Assembly: GCA_963730605.1 (NCBI GenBank)
Contig: CAVSSM010000011.1
Span: forward strand, 67,928-131,927
Origin: an uncultured Chlamydiae bacterium
GTDB lineage: Bacteria; Chlamydiota; Chlamydiia; Chlamydiales; SM23-39
Reading direction: 5' to 3'
Length of the DNA stretch: 64,000 bases
Part shown: in pieces, positions 1 to 10,097 of the stretch
Layout: each line of letters begins with the position of its first letter
Position numbering within the stretch: position 1 is the first letter of the stretch
Translations under genes and position numbers: made by a program
Notes under the pieces: generated by a model
Told to the model about the DNA's origin: nothing
The model's input: the letters and a program-made list of their open reading frames with translations, nothing else
Database searches by the model: none

Positions 1-536
1 CATTTTGGAAATCGCTGAAAAAATTGCAAAGCGGCGAGCTCGAAAAAAACTTCTTGTCCTCGATATCGGAAGCGTCAAGAAGAGGATTACGGAAACATTC
101 GAAAAACTGACAGACGGCTTTGTTAAATTTCTTGGGAGCCATCCAATGGCAGGCACAGAAAAAAGCGGATACGAAAACAGCGACCCCAAGATTTTTCAGG
201 GAGCCGTCTGGGTGATCACGCCTCATAACAAGAACACTGAAGGCTCAATGACAGTGGCCGAAGAGTTGATCCGCAGCCTTGGCGCAAAGCCGATGCGGAT
301 GGATGCGGCGGAGCACGACCGGCGGGCCGCGATCATCTCTCAACTCCCTTATCTCATTTCAAAGACGCTTTTCGATTTTGTCGATCCCGAAAGCCTTGCA
401 ATGGCGGGGCCGGGGTTCAAGTCAATGATTCGGCTCGCCGCCGATAATTTGGAAATGCGAAGAGAACTCGGCCGCTACAACCGAGAGAATATTGCACATT
501 GCCTGAAACAGTATATTGACTCATTAACAAATTTGC
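1..536 (+). CDS. tyrA: Prephenate dehydrogenase, 5'-truncated by the window edge; reads in frame through an inserted element into pheA
   Basis: Motifs DIGSVK, GSHPMAGTEKSG, HDRRAAIISQLP, AGPGFKSMIRLA in ORF 5..1414. Confidence 0.9.
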
Positions 537-623
537 TAGGATCTGAAATGCAGGAAGCGAAGCGAACGGAATGCGATCCTGCTTCAGGATCGCCAAAGAA
601 CTACAGTTTCCGGAGGAATCCTA
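537..623. mobile_element. 87-bp palindromic element (including TA at both ends) forming the tyrA-pheA linker
   Basis: Ends TAGGAT...ATCCTA; inner hairpin GCGATCCTG-CTT-CAGGATCGC at 573-593; GAAGCGAAGCGAA at 554-566 recurs in the element at 15253-15265. Confidence 0.65.
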
Positions 624-1414
624 TGAAGAAAATCGCATATCAAGGGGTCCCAGGATCATATAGCCATATGACGGCGCTTCGCCTCTTTGGGACCGAGGCT
701 GCTTTCTTGGGGCTTTCCCAATTTTCGGACGTGATCGAAGCCGTTGAAAAGGGATCTGCAGACGCCGCCCTTCTTGCCATCGAGAACACGCTCATCGGGC
801 CGATCTATGAGGTGCTGGATTTAATTGGGGAAAGCACGTTGGAGATCAATGGGGAGACGCCGACGCGGATCGAACATTGCCTTCTGACTCTTCCGGATGC
901 GGAGATCGAAGAGATCCGAACCGTTTATTCTCATCCGAAGGCGTTGGGGCAATGCCTGAAGTTTTTCCGCAAACACCCTAACCTCCTCCCTGAAGCCTAT
1001 GTCGATACGGCAGCCGCTGCCGGCTTTGTCGCGAAAAAGAAAGATCCAAGTGCGGCCGCGATCGCAAGCAGGATGGCGGGATCGATCCATGGGCTCAAAG
1101 TGTGCTTGGCGAACATCGAAGACAACCCCGAAAATTTCACCCGCTTTCTCTTGCTTTCGACAAAACCCTCAGAGGGTCCGAAATGCACGATCCGGATCAC
1201 TTTGGAACATAAGCCCGGAAAGCTCGCGGAGATCCTTTCGGTCATTTCCAAGGAGGGGGTCAATGTCACCTCCATCATCTCTCGCCCCCTCATCGGCCGT
1301 CCGTTCGAATACGCTTTTTACCTCGATCTCGAAACGCCGAGCGTGTCCCTCCTCGAAGAGATCAAGGGAAAATCCAAAACCTTCCGGAACTTAGGCCGCT
1401 ACGGTGCATTATGA
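623..1414 (+). CDS. pheA: Prephenate dehydratase with ACT domain
   Basis: IAYQGVPGSYSH, AIENTLIG, YSHPKALGQC, NFTRF, SRP motifs; ATG at 623 preceded by GGAGG. Confidence 0.92.
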   Translation: MKKIAYQGVPGSYSHMTALRLFGTEAAFLGLSQFSDVIEAVEKGSADAALLAIENTLIGPIYEVLDLIGESTLEINGETPTRIEHCLLTLPDAEIEEIRTVYSHPKALGQCLKFFRKHPNLLPEAYVDTAAAAGFVAKKKDPSAAAIASRMAGSIHGLKVCLANIEDNPENFTRFLLLSTKPSEGPKCTIRITLEHKPGKLAEILSVISKEGVNVTSIISRPLIGRPFEYAFYLDLETPSVSLLEEIKGKSKTFRNLGRYGAL

Positions 1415-2532
1415 GAACGTTCAATCCATCCGCGACAAACGCGGTCAACGCCGAGATGAACCGCTTGCGCAAATCGGGGGTGCGTATCTACAATTTCGGG
1501 TCGGGCGATCCGGTCGTTCCGAACCATCCGGCTGTCTTGAAAGAGGTCGAAAAAGCGGTTAAGGAACAGATAAGCCCTTATGCTCCTGTCGGAGGCCTTC
1601 TCGAGCTCCGCGAGGCGGCGGCGGAATGGATGAATTGCCGTTACGGCAGCCATTTCGGGGTCGATCAGACGATCGTTACCTGCGGAGGGAAATTCGCTCT
1701 CTTTGCCGCCCTCGAGGTACTCTTGAATCCGGGAGAAGAGGTTCTGTTCGCGGCGCCTTACTGGCCCTCCTACCCTGACATCGTACGGCTTGCCGGAGGC
1801 ATTCCAAAGCCGATCGTCCTCGACGAAAAAACAGATTGGAAAATCACTCCGGAGGATATAAAGCGTCATGCTGGAAAAAAAACAGCCGTGTTTCTTTTCA
1901 ATAATGGATGCAATCCGACCGGCGCTCTCTATTCAAAAGAGGAGGTCGCCGCCCTTCTCAAAGCCGCTAATCAGGCGGGGCTTTATGTGGTCGCAGATGA
2001 GGTCTACAGCGAAATGGTTTACGATGGCGCGAAATATGTTTCATGCGCCGCCTTTGCCGAATATGGCTCTCGCACCGTGATCATCGAAAGCTGTTCGAAG
2101 AATTTCGCGATGGCCGGATACAGAGTGGGTTTTGCGTTCGCAGGCCACGAGATCATTAAGAACATGATCGCCGTCCAAAGCCAGTCGACGACCGGAACTT
2201 CCCACATCAGCCAACGGGCGGCGCTCGCTGCTCTTCGCCACTCAAGAGAGGCCGCGGCGCTTGTGCAGGGTGCGATGGACCGGAGGCGGAAGCTCTTTTT
2301 CCGCACCTATAACGAGCTTTTCGGCACCTCGTATAAGCCCCCCGCATCCACCCTCTATTTCTTCGTGAAAATCAAGGGGACCTGCGAGGAGATTCTCAAA
2401 AGGGCCCATGTCGCCTTAGTGCCGGGCAGCGCGTTCGGGCTCGATGGCTATGCCCGCTTTGCCTTTTCGGAGAGCGAAGAGGATATCGTTCTTGGACTGA
2501 AAGCGTTTAAAGCTTTTGAAGAGCGAGCGTAA
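1411..2532 (+). CDS. PLP-dependent aminotransferase class I/II (aspartate/prephenate or aromatic aminotransferase)
   Basis: NNGCNPTG, DEVYSE, SCSKNFAMAGYRVG; ATGA overlap with pheA. Confidence 0.88.
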   Translation: MRTFNPSATNAVNAEMNRLRKSGVRIYNFGSGDPVVPNHPAVLKEVEKAVKEQISPYAPVGGLLELREAAAEWMNCRYGSHFGVDQTIVTCGGKFALFAALEVLLNPGEEVLFAAPYWPSYPDIVRLAGGIPKPIVLDEKTDWKITPEDIKRHAGKKTAVFLFNNGCNPTGALYSKEEVAALLKAANQAGLYVVADEVYSEMVYDGAKYVSCAAFAEYGSRTVIIESCSKNFAMAGYRVGFAFAGHEIIKNMIAVQSQSTTGTSHISQRAALAALRHSREAAALVQGAMDRRRKLFFRTYNELFGTSYKPPASTLYFFVKIKGTCEEILKRAHVALVPGSAFGLDGYARFAFSESEEDIVLGLKAFKAFEERA

Positions 2533-3097
2533 TCAGCGGGCCTAAATCGATTTTGTCTTGTCTTTCTTGCAAAGTCGCATGGACCGCTTTTTGGGCATCC
2601 AGCGGATTGTAGCCGAGATTGAGGAGCGCGCTGACGGCATCAGAGGCCAAATCGCCGCCCTTGACCCCTAAAGAAATCGACGCATCTTTCCCTTTGCCTT
2701 TGATCTTGTCCCGCATTTCGATGACGAGCCGCTCCGCCGTTTTTTTCCCGATGCCCGGAATTTTGCTCAAGATCCGGATGTCTGCGGCTGCGACGGCCCT
2801 CTGGAATGCCTCCAGTTCTATGTGACCGATGATCGCCGCGGCCGTTTTGGGGCCGATTCCCGATAGGCCGATGAGCGTCTCGAAGAGGTCGCGCTCTTCT
2901 TTGATGAGGAAAGCGTAGAGCGTATGGGCATCCTCGCGGACGACGTGAGAGAGGAAAAGATGGACGGCCGATTCTGGAGTGGGGAGTCGCATGTAGGTGC
3001 TAAGCGGGATGGCGAGGCGATACGATATTCCGGCCGCCTCGACAACCGCTTTCAGCGGCTCTTTTTCTAATAAAACGCCTCGGATCGCTTCGTACAT
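2507..3097 (-). CDS. ruvA: Holliday junction branch migration protein RuvA
   Basis: HVVREDAHTLYAF, SGIGPKTA, IPGIGKKTAERL, ALLNLGY. Confidence 0.95.
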   Translation of the reverse strand: MYEAIRGVLLEKEPLKAVVEAAGISYRLAIPLSTYMRLPTPESAVHLFLSHVVREDAHTLYAFLIKEERDLFETLIGLSGIGPKTAAAIIGHIELEAFQRAVAAADIRILSKIPGIGKKTAERLVIEMRDKIKGKGKDASISLGVKGGDLASDAVSALLNLGYNPLDAQKAVHATLQERQDKIDLGPLITLALQKL

Positions 3098-3100
3098 GAC

Positions 3101-3574
3101 TCATCCTTTACTTAAATAATTTCCGCAACAAATGGCGAGCGCTAGGGCATCGGCTGCGTCTTCTGGCTCGGGAGGAGCGGGAAGCCGGAGGAGGCTTTGG
3201 ATCATCCGCTGCACCTGGAACTTGCTCGCCTGGCCTTTGCCTACGACGGCTAACTTCGCTTTTTTAGGAGCATACTCGTAAACGGGAATTTTTGCTCGCG
3301 CTCCGGCAAGAAGGACCATCCCTTTGGCCATGCCGAGCTTGATGGCGCTTCCCGCATTTTTCATAACAAATTGGGATTCGACGGCGATCGCCGTCGGTTT
3401 ATGCTGCTCGATGAGGCTCTCGAGCGCATCGAAGAGGAGGCGGTAGCGCTCCTCAAGGCAAAGCTTCGGGGGAGGCCTAATGCAGCCGAAATCGATGGGC
3501 TCCATCGGGAGCCGGATGATCCCATATCCTGTGATTCTAGTTCCGGGATCGATGCCGAGGATGATGTGCTGCAT
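3101..3574 (-). CDS. ruvC: Crossover junction endodeoxyribonuclease RuvC
   Basis: ILGIDPGTRITGYG, DAADALALAIC; probable ATG at 3574. Confidence 0.95.
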   Translation of the reverse strand: MQHIILGIDPGTRITGYGIIRLPMEPIDFGCIRPPPKLCLEERYRLLFDALESLIEQHKPTAIAVESQFVMKNAGSAIKLGMAKGMVLLAGARAKIPVYEYAPKKAKLAVVGKGQASKFQVQRMIQSLLRLPAPPEPEDAADALALAICCGNYLSKG

Positions 3575-3654
3575 ACTGCCAAAGGTAGAGGTCTTGCAGA
3601 AAATAATCAAGGTATAGACAGCTCCTCAACTCGTCCGCTATACTGGGCTCTCTT

Positions 3655-4677
3655 ATGCCCCAAGAGATGCAAAATATCTTAGTTCGAATGCCCAACTGGA
3701 TCGGGGATCTCGTCATGGGAACGCCGGTCTTGACCGACCTACGCGCCGCTTTCCCAAAAGCATCCATTACCGCCATGTGCAGGACGCCGATCTCTGAGCT
3801 TTTGGTGAAAGACGCTGCGATCGATGAGCTCTTTTGTTTCACTCCCCCGGCCAACAAATTCCTCCGCCGCGAAGAGCAGCGCAATATCATCGCGAAGATC
3901 CTAACGGGAAAATTCGATACGGCCATCCTGCTCACGAATTCGTTTTCCTCGGCCTGGTGGTGTTGGCAGGGAAAAGTAGCAAGGAGGATCGGCTATTCGG
4001 CCCATTTGCGGAGGATTTTTCTCACCGACCCCATCCGTTGGCCAAAACAAAAAATGCATCAGGTCGACCTCTATAAAAGGCTCCTTGAGCCGCTTGGGAT
4101 CCCTCGTTCCGACACTGCGCCGCGGCTCTATGTCACAAAAGAGGAAGTCGATGGATCCAAGCAGCTCCTTTTCCAAAGAGGTTACATGGCAGGAAAAAGG
4201 CTGATCGGGATCAACCCGGGCGCATCTTACGGCTCGGCCAAATGCTGGCCGCCTGAGAGGTTTCGCGCGCTCGCATTGGAGCTCTTAAAGGAAGGCTATG
4301 TCGTCTTTTTCGGCGACGCGTCGACATTTACGCTCGTACGCGAGATTTGCCAGAGGCTTCCCGAACAGACAATCAACTTGGCCGGCATCACGTCGCTTCG
4401 AGAGCTCGCGTGCATCATCAAAGATTGCGATCTTCTCGTGACAAACGATAGCGGTCCGATGCATATCGCTGCGGCGTTCGATACTCCACTTATCGCCCTG
4501 TTCGGGTCAACGGATGAGGAAGCGACCGGCCCCTATGGGAAACCGGACGCCGTGATCAATAAGCATGCGGACTGCGCCCCTTGTTTCAAGCGGACCTGCC
4601 CGATCGATTTCCGCTGCATGAAGAAGATCACCGTGGAAGAGGTGGCTGAAAAAGCGCGGGAACTATTGCGTGTTTAG
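3655..4677 (+). CDS. waaF: Lipopolysaccharide heptosyltransferase II (GT9)
   Basis: PNWIGDLVM, INPGASYGSAKCWP, NDSGPMHIAAA, CAPCFKRTCP. Confidence 0.9.
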   Translation: MPQEMQNILVRMPNWIGDLVMGTPVLTDLRAAFPKASITAMCRTPISELLVKDAAIDELFCFTPPANKFLRREEQRNIIAKILTGKFDTAILLTNSFSSAWWCWQGKVARRIGYSAHLRRIFLTDPIRWPKQKMHQVDLYKRLLEPLGIPRSDTAPRLYVTKEEVDGSKQLLFQRGYMAGKRLIGINPGASYGSAKCWPPERFRALALELLKEGYVVFFGDASTFTLVREICQRLPEQTINLAGITSLRELACIIKDCDLLVTNDSGPMHIAAAFDTPLIALFGSTDEEATGPYGKPDAVINKHADCAPCFKRTCPIDFRCMKKITVEEVAEKARELLRV

Positions 4678-5560
4678 GACGCTTACCCGCCGCATTTTTC
4701 CCAACCCTCTTGATTGGATGCTCAAGAGAGCGGCGAAAAAAAAGAGCAAAAGTTTCCTTCTTGGGTGGAACCGGGGCCTTGGCGATATAGCCCTCGGCTT
4801 ATACGCGATTGTCCATCGGATCCGCGAACGAATCCCCAATGCGGAAATCACTTTCTTGACTCGAGAGAATTTGCTAGACGGTTTCACGATGCTAGGGGAT
4901 GTCCGCATCTTAGCGGCTCCTGACTGGAAGCGAGGCAAAGTGCAATCGATTCGAGAGACGCTCAAGAAGATGGGCATCGACCCGAAGAGTTTCGATCTGA
5001 TCATAGAGTGGCCAAGCCCCACCGATTGGGTCGCATGGCAAGAGGGAACCTCATCCCGAAACTGAAATGGGACCCCCTCCATGACGATCTTTGGAAATCG
5101 TTCGATTTGCCAGACAGCTATACGTATATCTGCGTTCAGCCTGTCACCGAAACCAACTACGGCCTTTGGCGCAATTGGCCGCTTGCAAGGTGGCAGGATC
5201 TCTTCGAGCGGCTCGAGAAGATAGGAAGCGTCAAGGTGCTCCTTTTCGGATTCGGCGCGGGTCCAGACTTTCCTTATAAGAATGTGATCGATCTGAGAGG
5301 AAAGACAACTCTTTTTCAACTCCTCTCGATTGTTAAAAACCGATGCAAAGCTGCGATCCTGCCCGATTCAGGGATTCTCTCGATGATCTACTATCTCGAT
5401 GCTCCCTTTCCCATCCAAATCGTCTCCCTTTGGGCCGATCCCAATCACGGCATCTTGAAGCAGGGCGTCCCGTCTCCCAACAGAAAGCTGCAGCATTTCC
5501 CCCTGATCGGGGGAGAACCGGGATCTCTTATCCCTATCCGCAAAAAAAGTGCTCGACTGC
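4670..5560 (+). CDS. GT9-family glycosyltransferase domain, frameshifted near 5045 and 5510; probably continuous with the downstream pyrophosphorylase
   Basis: WNRGLGDIAL, RNWPLARW, DLRGKTTL, PDSGILSM spread over ORFs 4670..5065 and 5008..5616. Confidence 0.7.
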
Positions 5561-6453
5561 ATTTTTCCGGCAAGGCCCCTTCAAACATGTCCAAATGCCG
5601 AGAGGTTTACTCTTAAACCGATCCAAAAAGTCGGAATCATTCTTCTCGCAGGCGGACAAGGGAGCCGTCTTAGGCTGACAGGACCTAAGGGGGCGTTTCA
5701 AATCCACAACAAAAGTTTATTCCAATGGTCTCTTGAGAAAGTGCCGGCTCATATTCCCGTGGCGCTCATGACCTCGCCTTTAAACCACGACGAGACGGTC
5801 GGTTTGTTTGAAAAGCATAAGTCCTTTGGCCGCGAGGTTTACTTTTTTGAGCAGGAAATGCTTCCTATGCTCGATGCAAAGAAGAAGATCTTAAAAATTT
5901 TGGCCCCGAGCGGCAATGGAAGCGTTTTCAAATCGTTTGCCGAATCGGGAACCTTAGCCCTCTTTGAAGAGCGTGAAATCGATCTTGTCTCGATCATCCC
6001 TATAGAAAATCTCTTAGCCGATCCGGCCGATCCCGCTTTTCTATCTTACATGAGGGAAAAAGATGCCGATGCCGGAATCAAGTGCGTCGAGAGAAAGGCT
6101 GGCGATGCCATGGGCGCCGTTGTAGAGAGGGAAGGGCGTCTTGAAATTGTCGAATATACCGAGGCCGATCCGTCTTTACACTACCCATATTCCTACACCG
6201 GGATGATGGCGATGAAACTGACGTTCATGAAGCGGATGGCAAAAGTCGATCTTCCCCTCCATTGGGTTTGGAAGAGGGCAGGCGATCGATTTGGGTGGAA
6301 GGAGAGCGCTTCATCTTCGATGCGCTTCCCTTAGCCGATCAGGCTGTATCGCTCTCTTACCCCCGAGCGCACATCTATGCGCCCCTGAAGAGCGAGGAAA
6401 ACCTAGAAGAGATTCTGAAGGTGATGAGTACGAGCCTATTTTCAAGAACTTAA
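5549..6453 (+). CDS. UDP-N-acetylglucosamine pyrophosphorylase/UDPGP-family domain, frameshifted near 6300
   Basis: LLAGGQGSRL, PKG, APSGNG, IVEYTE, then ERFIFDALP and YAPLKS in the next frame. Confidence 0.8.
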
Positions 6454-6518
6454 TATAATCTTTATAAAATATTTTCATTCATTGCAAGAGCCGAACCACG
6501 ATTCATTGGAAGGAGGTC

Positions 6519-7538
6519 ATGGAAAAACAGGAGAAATGGTATCATACTCTCATGCAAAAAAAGATTGGATATTTAGGAGCGGGAACGTGGGGATTTGCTC
6601 TTTCGGCCTTGCTCGGCATGAAAGGTCATGAGGTAACGGTGTGGACGCGGGATGCGGCATTGGCCGCCAAGCTGCAAAGGACCCGCGCTCATCCCAAGCT
6701 TGCCGGAGTTCTTGCGCCCGAGACGGTTCGCTTTACGAGCCAGATCCAGGAGGCGCTTTTAGGCGCCGAGGTCCTGGTCGAGAGCGTCACTTGCTCGGGG
6801 ATCCGCCCGGTGTTCGAGCGGCTGCCGAAGATCAAGGTTCCCGTCATCCTGACCTCGAAAGGGATCGAGCAAGGCTCAGGATTGCTTCTTCCGGAAGTCG
6901 CATCGCAATTCGTCCCGAAGGCGCTCATCGGGATCCTGAGCGGGCCGAGCCTCGCCGACGAGGTCGTCCAGAACCTCCCCACTTCGGTCGTTTGCTCCGC
7001 TTACGATCCGGCTGTCATGAAACTCATCCATGAACTCTTCATCACTCCGACGTTCCGAATCTATCCGAACGAAGATATCGATGGGGTCGCCTTCGGGGGC
7101 GCAATGAAAAATATCATCGCGATCGCTTGCGGTATTTCCGATGGGTTGGGCGGCAAAGATAACGCAAAAGCGGCTCTTATGACTCGCGGCCTCCACGAAA
7201 TGCGCAAGTTAGGCGTCGCTAAAAATTGCCTCCCGGAAACGCTGAACGGCCTCTCTGGCCTGGGAGATCTTTCTGCCACTTGCATGTCAGTGAGCAGCCG
7301 CAACTATCGATTCGGCCGATTTGTAGGGGAAGGCTTTTCTCCTGAAGGGGCAAGACAAAAGATCGGTATGGCTGTCGAAGGGATCTATACGTGCGTCGCC
7401 GCCCGCGAATTGGGAGCAAAACATCAGATTTCGATTCCGATCACGGAAGCGACTTATGCGATCATCTACGAGGGGCTCGACCCTCGCGAAGCCGTCCGAG
7501 CGCTCCTCCAGCGCGCCATCAAAGAAGAGCATCTCTAG
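6519..7538 (+). CDS. gpsA: NAD(P)H-dependent glycerol-3-phosphate dehydrogenase
   Basis: GAGTWG, SKGIE, LSGPS, GGAMKNIIAIACG, GLGDL, SRNYRFG; start may instead be ATG 6552. Confidence 0.95.
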   Translation: MEKQEKWYHTLMQKKIGYLGAGTWGFALSALLGMKGHEVTVWTRDAALAAKLQRTRAHPKLAGVLAPETVRFTSQIQEALLGAEVLVESVTCSGIRPVFERLPKIKVPVILTSKGIEQGSGLLLPEVASQFVPKALIGILSGPSLADEVVQNLPTSVVCSAYDPAVMKLIHELFITPTFRIYPNEDIDGVAFGGAMKNIIAIACGISDGLGGKDNAKAALMTRGLHEMRKLGVAKNCLPETLNGLSGLGDLSATCMSVSSRNYRFGRFVGEGFSPEGARQKIGMAVEGIYTCVAARELGAKHQISIPITEATYAIIYEGLDPREAVRALLQRAIKEEHL

Positions 7539-7579
7539 CACTCTAATTTCTTGCGCAATCGGCGGCGTTCTCTTATACA

Positions 7580-9100
7580 GTGAATATGTCTAAGAAAGAA
7601 AAAAGCCAGATTGAGCCGCCATCCGCTCTGCCGCCCTATTTCGGCGTAAAAGTCGTCTCTGCCGCCGAGATGGCCCGCGTTGAAAAACTGGCCGTTCAGG
7701 CTGGCTGCCAAGAAGAAAAATTCATCGAAGAGGCGGGAGGCAAGGTAGCAGCTGCCGCCATTCGACTCATCCTGCAAAATCAGCTTCCGAAAAACGTCTC
7801 TCTTCTGATTGGCAAAGGCAATAAGGGAGCTGACGCGTACGCCGCGGGATTGGCCCTTTTGGAAGAGGGGTTCCGGGTGACAGCGTATCCCTGCTTTCCT
7901 CCAGAGTCGTGCAGCGAATGGAACCGGAAAATGAATGACAGGTTCGCGAAAAAAAGAGGGCAAACGGTCCGGTTTTATGACGGAGAGGAGATGAAGCCAA
8001 GAGAGGGCTTGATCATCGATGGATTATTGGGAACGGGGTTCAAAGGCAATGCTGTTGGAAAAATAGAGACGGCGATTTTGCTTGCAAACGGCTCTAAGGG
8101 ACCGATCCTTGCCATCGACTTGCCTTCAGGGCTAGATGGGACTACGGGGGAAGCAAGAGGCGCATGCATCGAAGCTACCCAAACGGTGACACTCGGAATG
8201 GCGAAAAGCGGCCTTTTTTTCAGGGACGGTTGGAATCATGCGGGCCGCATCGAAGTCGAAGATTTTGGATTGCCAAAGCAATTTGCTGCCTTATGTCAGG
8301 AAATCGCTTATTTACCCGATCCTGCCTTCTTGCCTCTGCCCAAAATCATCCGCAATAGACACAAATACCAAGCGGGGTACGTGGTCGGATATGCTGGATC
8401 GGAGACGATGCGGGGCGCTCCGAAGATGGCGGGGCTGGCAGCGCTTCGGGCTGGAGCCGGCATCGTCCGTCTTTTTTCTAAGGGGAATATCGGAGAGGCG
8501 CCGATGGAGCTCATTTGCCGCAAATGGAATGAAAAGGAATGGCGCCAAGAGCTCAAACGGGCGAGCAGCGTATTCGTAGGCCCTGGAATTGGCGTTAGCT
8601 CGATGCGATGGATGAAAGACATTTCCCTTCCTGCCGTCTTTGACGCGGATGCCCTGCAGAAAGGGGTGAAGTTCTCAAAAAATGCCGTGCTAACCCCCCA
8701 TCGGGGAGAAATGCTTCGCCTTCTAGGGTTGAAAAGCGCTCCGCAAGAGGAAGATTTCCTTTGCCGATGCCAAAAGTTTGCAAATGGTCAAGATACGACC
8801 CTCGTATTGAAGGGGGCTCCGACAATTCTTTTTGGCGAGAAGCTGCCGCCGCTCATCATCTCTAGAGGAGATCCGGGCATGGCGACCGCAGGGGCAGGCG
8901 ATGTGTTGACGGGCATACTTGCCGGAATCTTAGCCCAAAAGATGGACTCTTATGATGCGGCGGCAGTCGGTACTTATTTACACGCCGTTGCGGGAGAAAT
9001 AGCGGCGCGGGAAAAAACTTCCTATGGGCTCATCGCAAGAGACCTGATCGAGTATCTGCCAAAAGCTTTTCAACAGCTTATGGGCGCGGTATACTTTTGA
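7580..9100 (+). CDS. nnr: Bifunctional NAD(P)H-hydrate epimerase/dehydratase
   Basis: GKGNKGAD, DGLLGTG, AIDLPSG, VGPGIG, TPHRGE, MATAGAGDVLTG. Confidence 0.92.
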   Translation: MNMSKKEKSQIEPPSALPPYFGVKVVSAAEMARVEKLAVQAGCQEEKFIEEAGGKVAAAAIRLILQNQLPKNVSLLIGKGNKGADAYAAGLALLEEGFRVTAYPCFPPESCSEWNRKMNDRFAKKRGQTVRFYDGEEMKPREGLIIDGLLGTGFKGNAVGKIETAILLANGSKGPILAIDLPSGLDGTTGEARGACIEATQTVTLGMAKSGLFFRDGWNHAGRIEVEDFGLPKQFAALCQEIAYLPDPAFLPLPKIIRNRHKYQAGYVVGYAGSETMRGAPKMAGLAALRAGAGIVRLFSKGNIGEAPMELICRKWNEKEWRQELKRASSVFVGPGIGVSSMRWMKDISLPAVFDADALQKGVKFSKNAVLTPHRGEMLRLLGLKSAPQEEDFLCRCQKFANGQDTTLVLKGAPTILFGEKLPPLIISRGDPGMATAGAGDVLTGILAGILAQKMDSYDAAAVGTYLHAVAGEIAAREKTSYGLIARDLIEYLPKAFQQLMGAVYF

Positions 9101-10035
9101 TACCACTCGATGAATCGGGGAATTCCAAGTTCCAGCGGGACGGCGGGGCGGAAATTTAAAAGAGCCGCACTTTTCTCTATGTCTGCGCAGGTCTCCTCTA
9201 TTTCACCCGGCTGCATGGGCAGCATTTCTTTGATCGCCTTTTTCTTAAGATGCGTTTCGATGAGGCTGATCAGATCCAAAAGTTCGACTGGGCGGTTATT
9301 TCCTAAGTTGAAAATCTCGCATTTCGCTCCCAAATCGATCGCCGCCGTGGTCCCTCGCACAATATCGTCGATATAAGTGAAATCGCGGCGCATCCGCCCA
9401 GCATTGAACACTTGGATCGGCTGTCCGTTCGCGATATGCTGGGTAAAGCGGTAATAGGCCATATCGGGCCTGCCCCAAGGGCCGTAGACTGTGAAATAGC
9501 GAAGCCCTGTAACCGGCAGGCCATAAAGATGATGGTAGGCGTGGGCCATGGCTTCGTTGGCTTTTTTCGTCGCGCCATAGAGGTTCGCGGGCTGGTCGGT
9601 TTTGTCGTCCACGGAAAACGGGTTTTTTTTGTTGAGTCCGTATACGGATGAGGAAGAGGCGTAGATAAGCTTGATTGTAGGAAATCGGCGGCAAGCCTCG
9701 AGAACAGAGACGAAACCGTGCAAATTCGAAGCGACATAATCGTCAGGTTCGGAGAGGGAATGGCGGATGCCGGCCTGCGCAGCCAGATGAACCACATGGG
9801 TGATTCCGTGGCGCAAGAGCGCAAGCTGAAGCAAGTCTCGATCTCGAATATCCGCATGGAGTATCTCGATTTCTTCGGCTTGTAACTGGATCTCCCGGTC
9901 GCGCTTGAGCTGGAAATCATAATAAGAGTTGAAATTATCAAGGCCGATGACGAAATCGCCCCGCGCCTTGAGATGGAGGGCGAGATGGTAGCCGATAAAT
10001 CCGGCGGCGCCGGTGATTAGAATTCGTTTTCCCAT
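9070..10035 (-). CDS. NAD-dependent UDP-glucuronate 4-epimerase-like SDR
   Basis: ITGAAGFIG, HLAAQAG, YASSSSVYG, YGATKK, VYGPWGRPDMA, RDFTYIDD. Confidence 0.9.
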   Translation of the reverse strand: MGKRILITGAAGFIGYHLALHLKARGDFVIGLDNFNSYYDFQLKRDREIQLQAEEIEILHADIRDRDLLQLALLRHGITHVVHLAAQAGIRHSLSEPDDYVASNLHGFVSVLEACRRFPTIKLIYASSSSVYGLNKKNPFSVDDKTDQPANLYGATKKANEAMAHAYHHLYGLPVTGLRYFTVYGPWGRPDMAYYRFTQHIANGQPIQVFNAGRMRRDFTYIDDIVRGTTAAIDLGAKCEIFNLGNNRPVELLDLISLIETHLKKKAIKEMLPMQPGEIEETCADIEKSAALLNFRPAVPLELGIPRFIEWYQKYTAPISC

Positions 10036-10097
10036 AAAAAAATTTGTGATGTATGATACCTTACGTCCTATCTTAAACCTTCGTTTCGTTAATTTGT

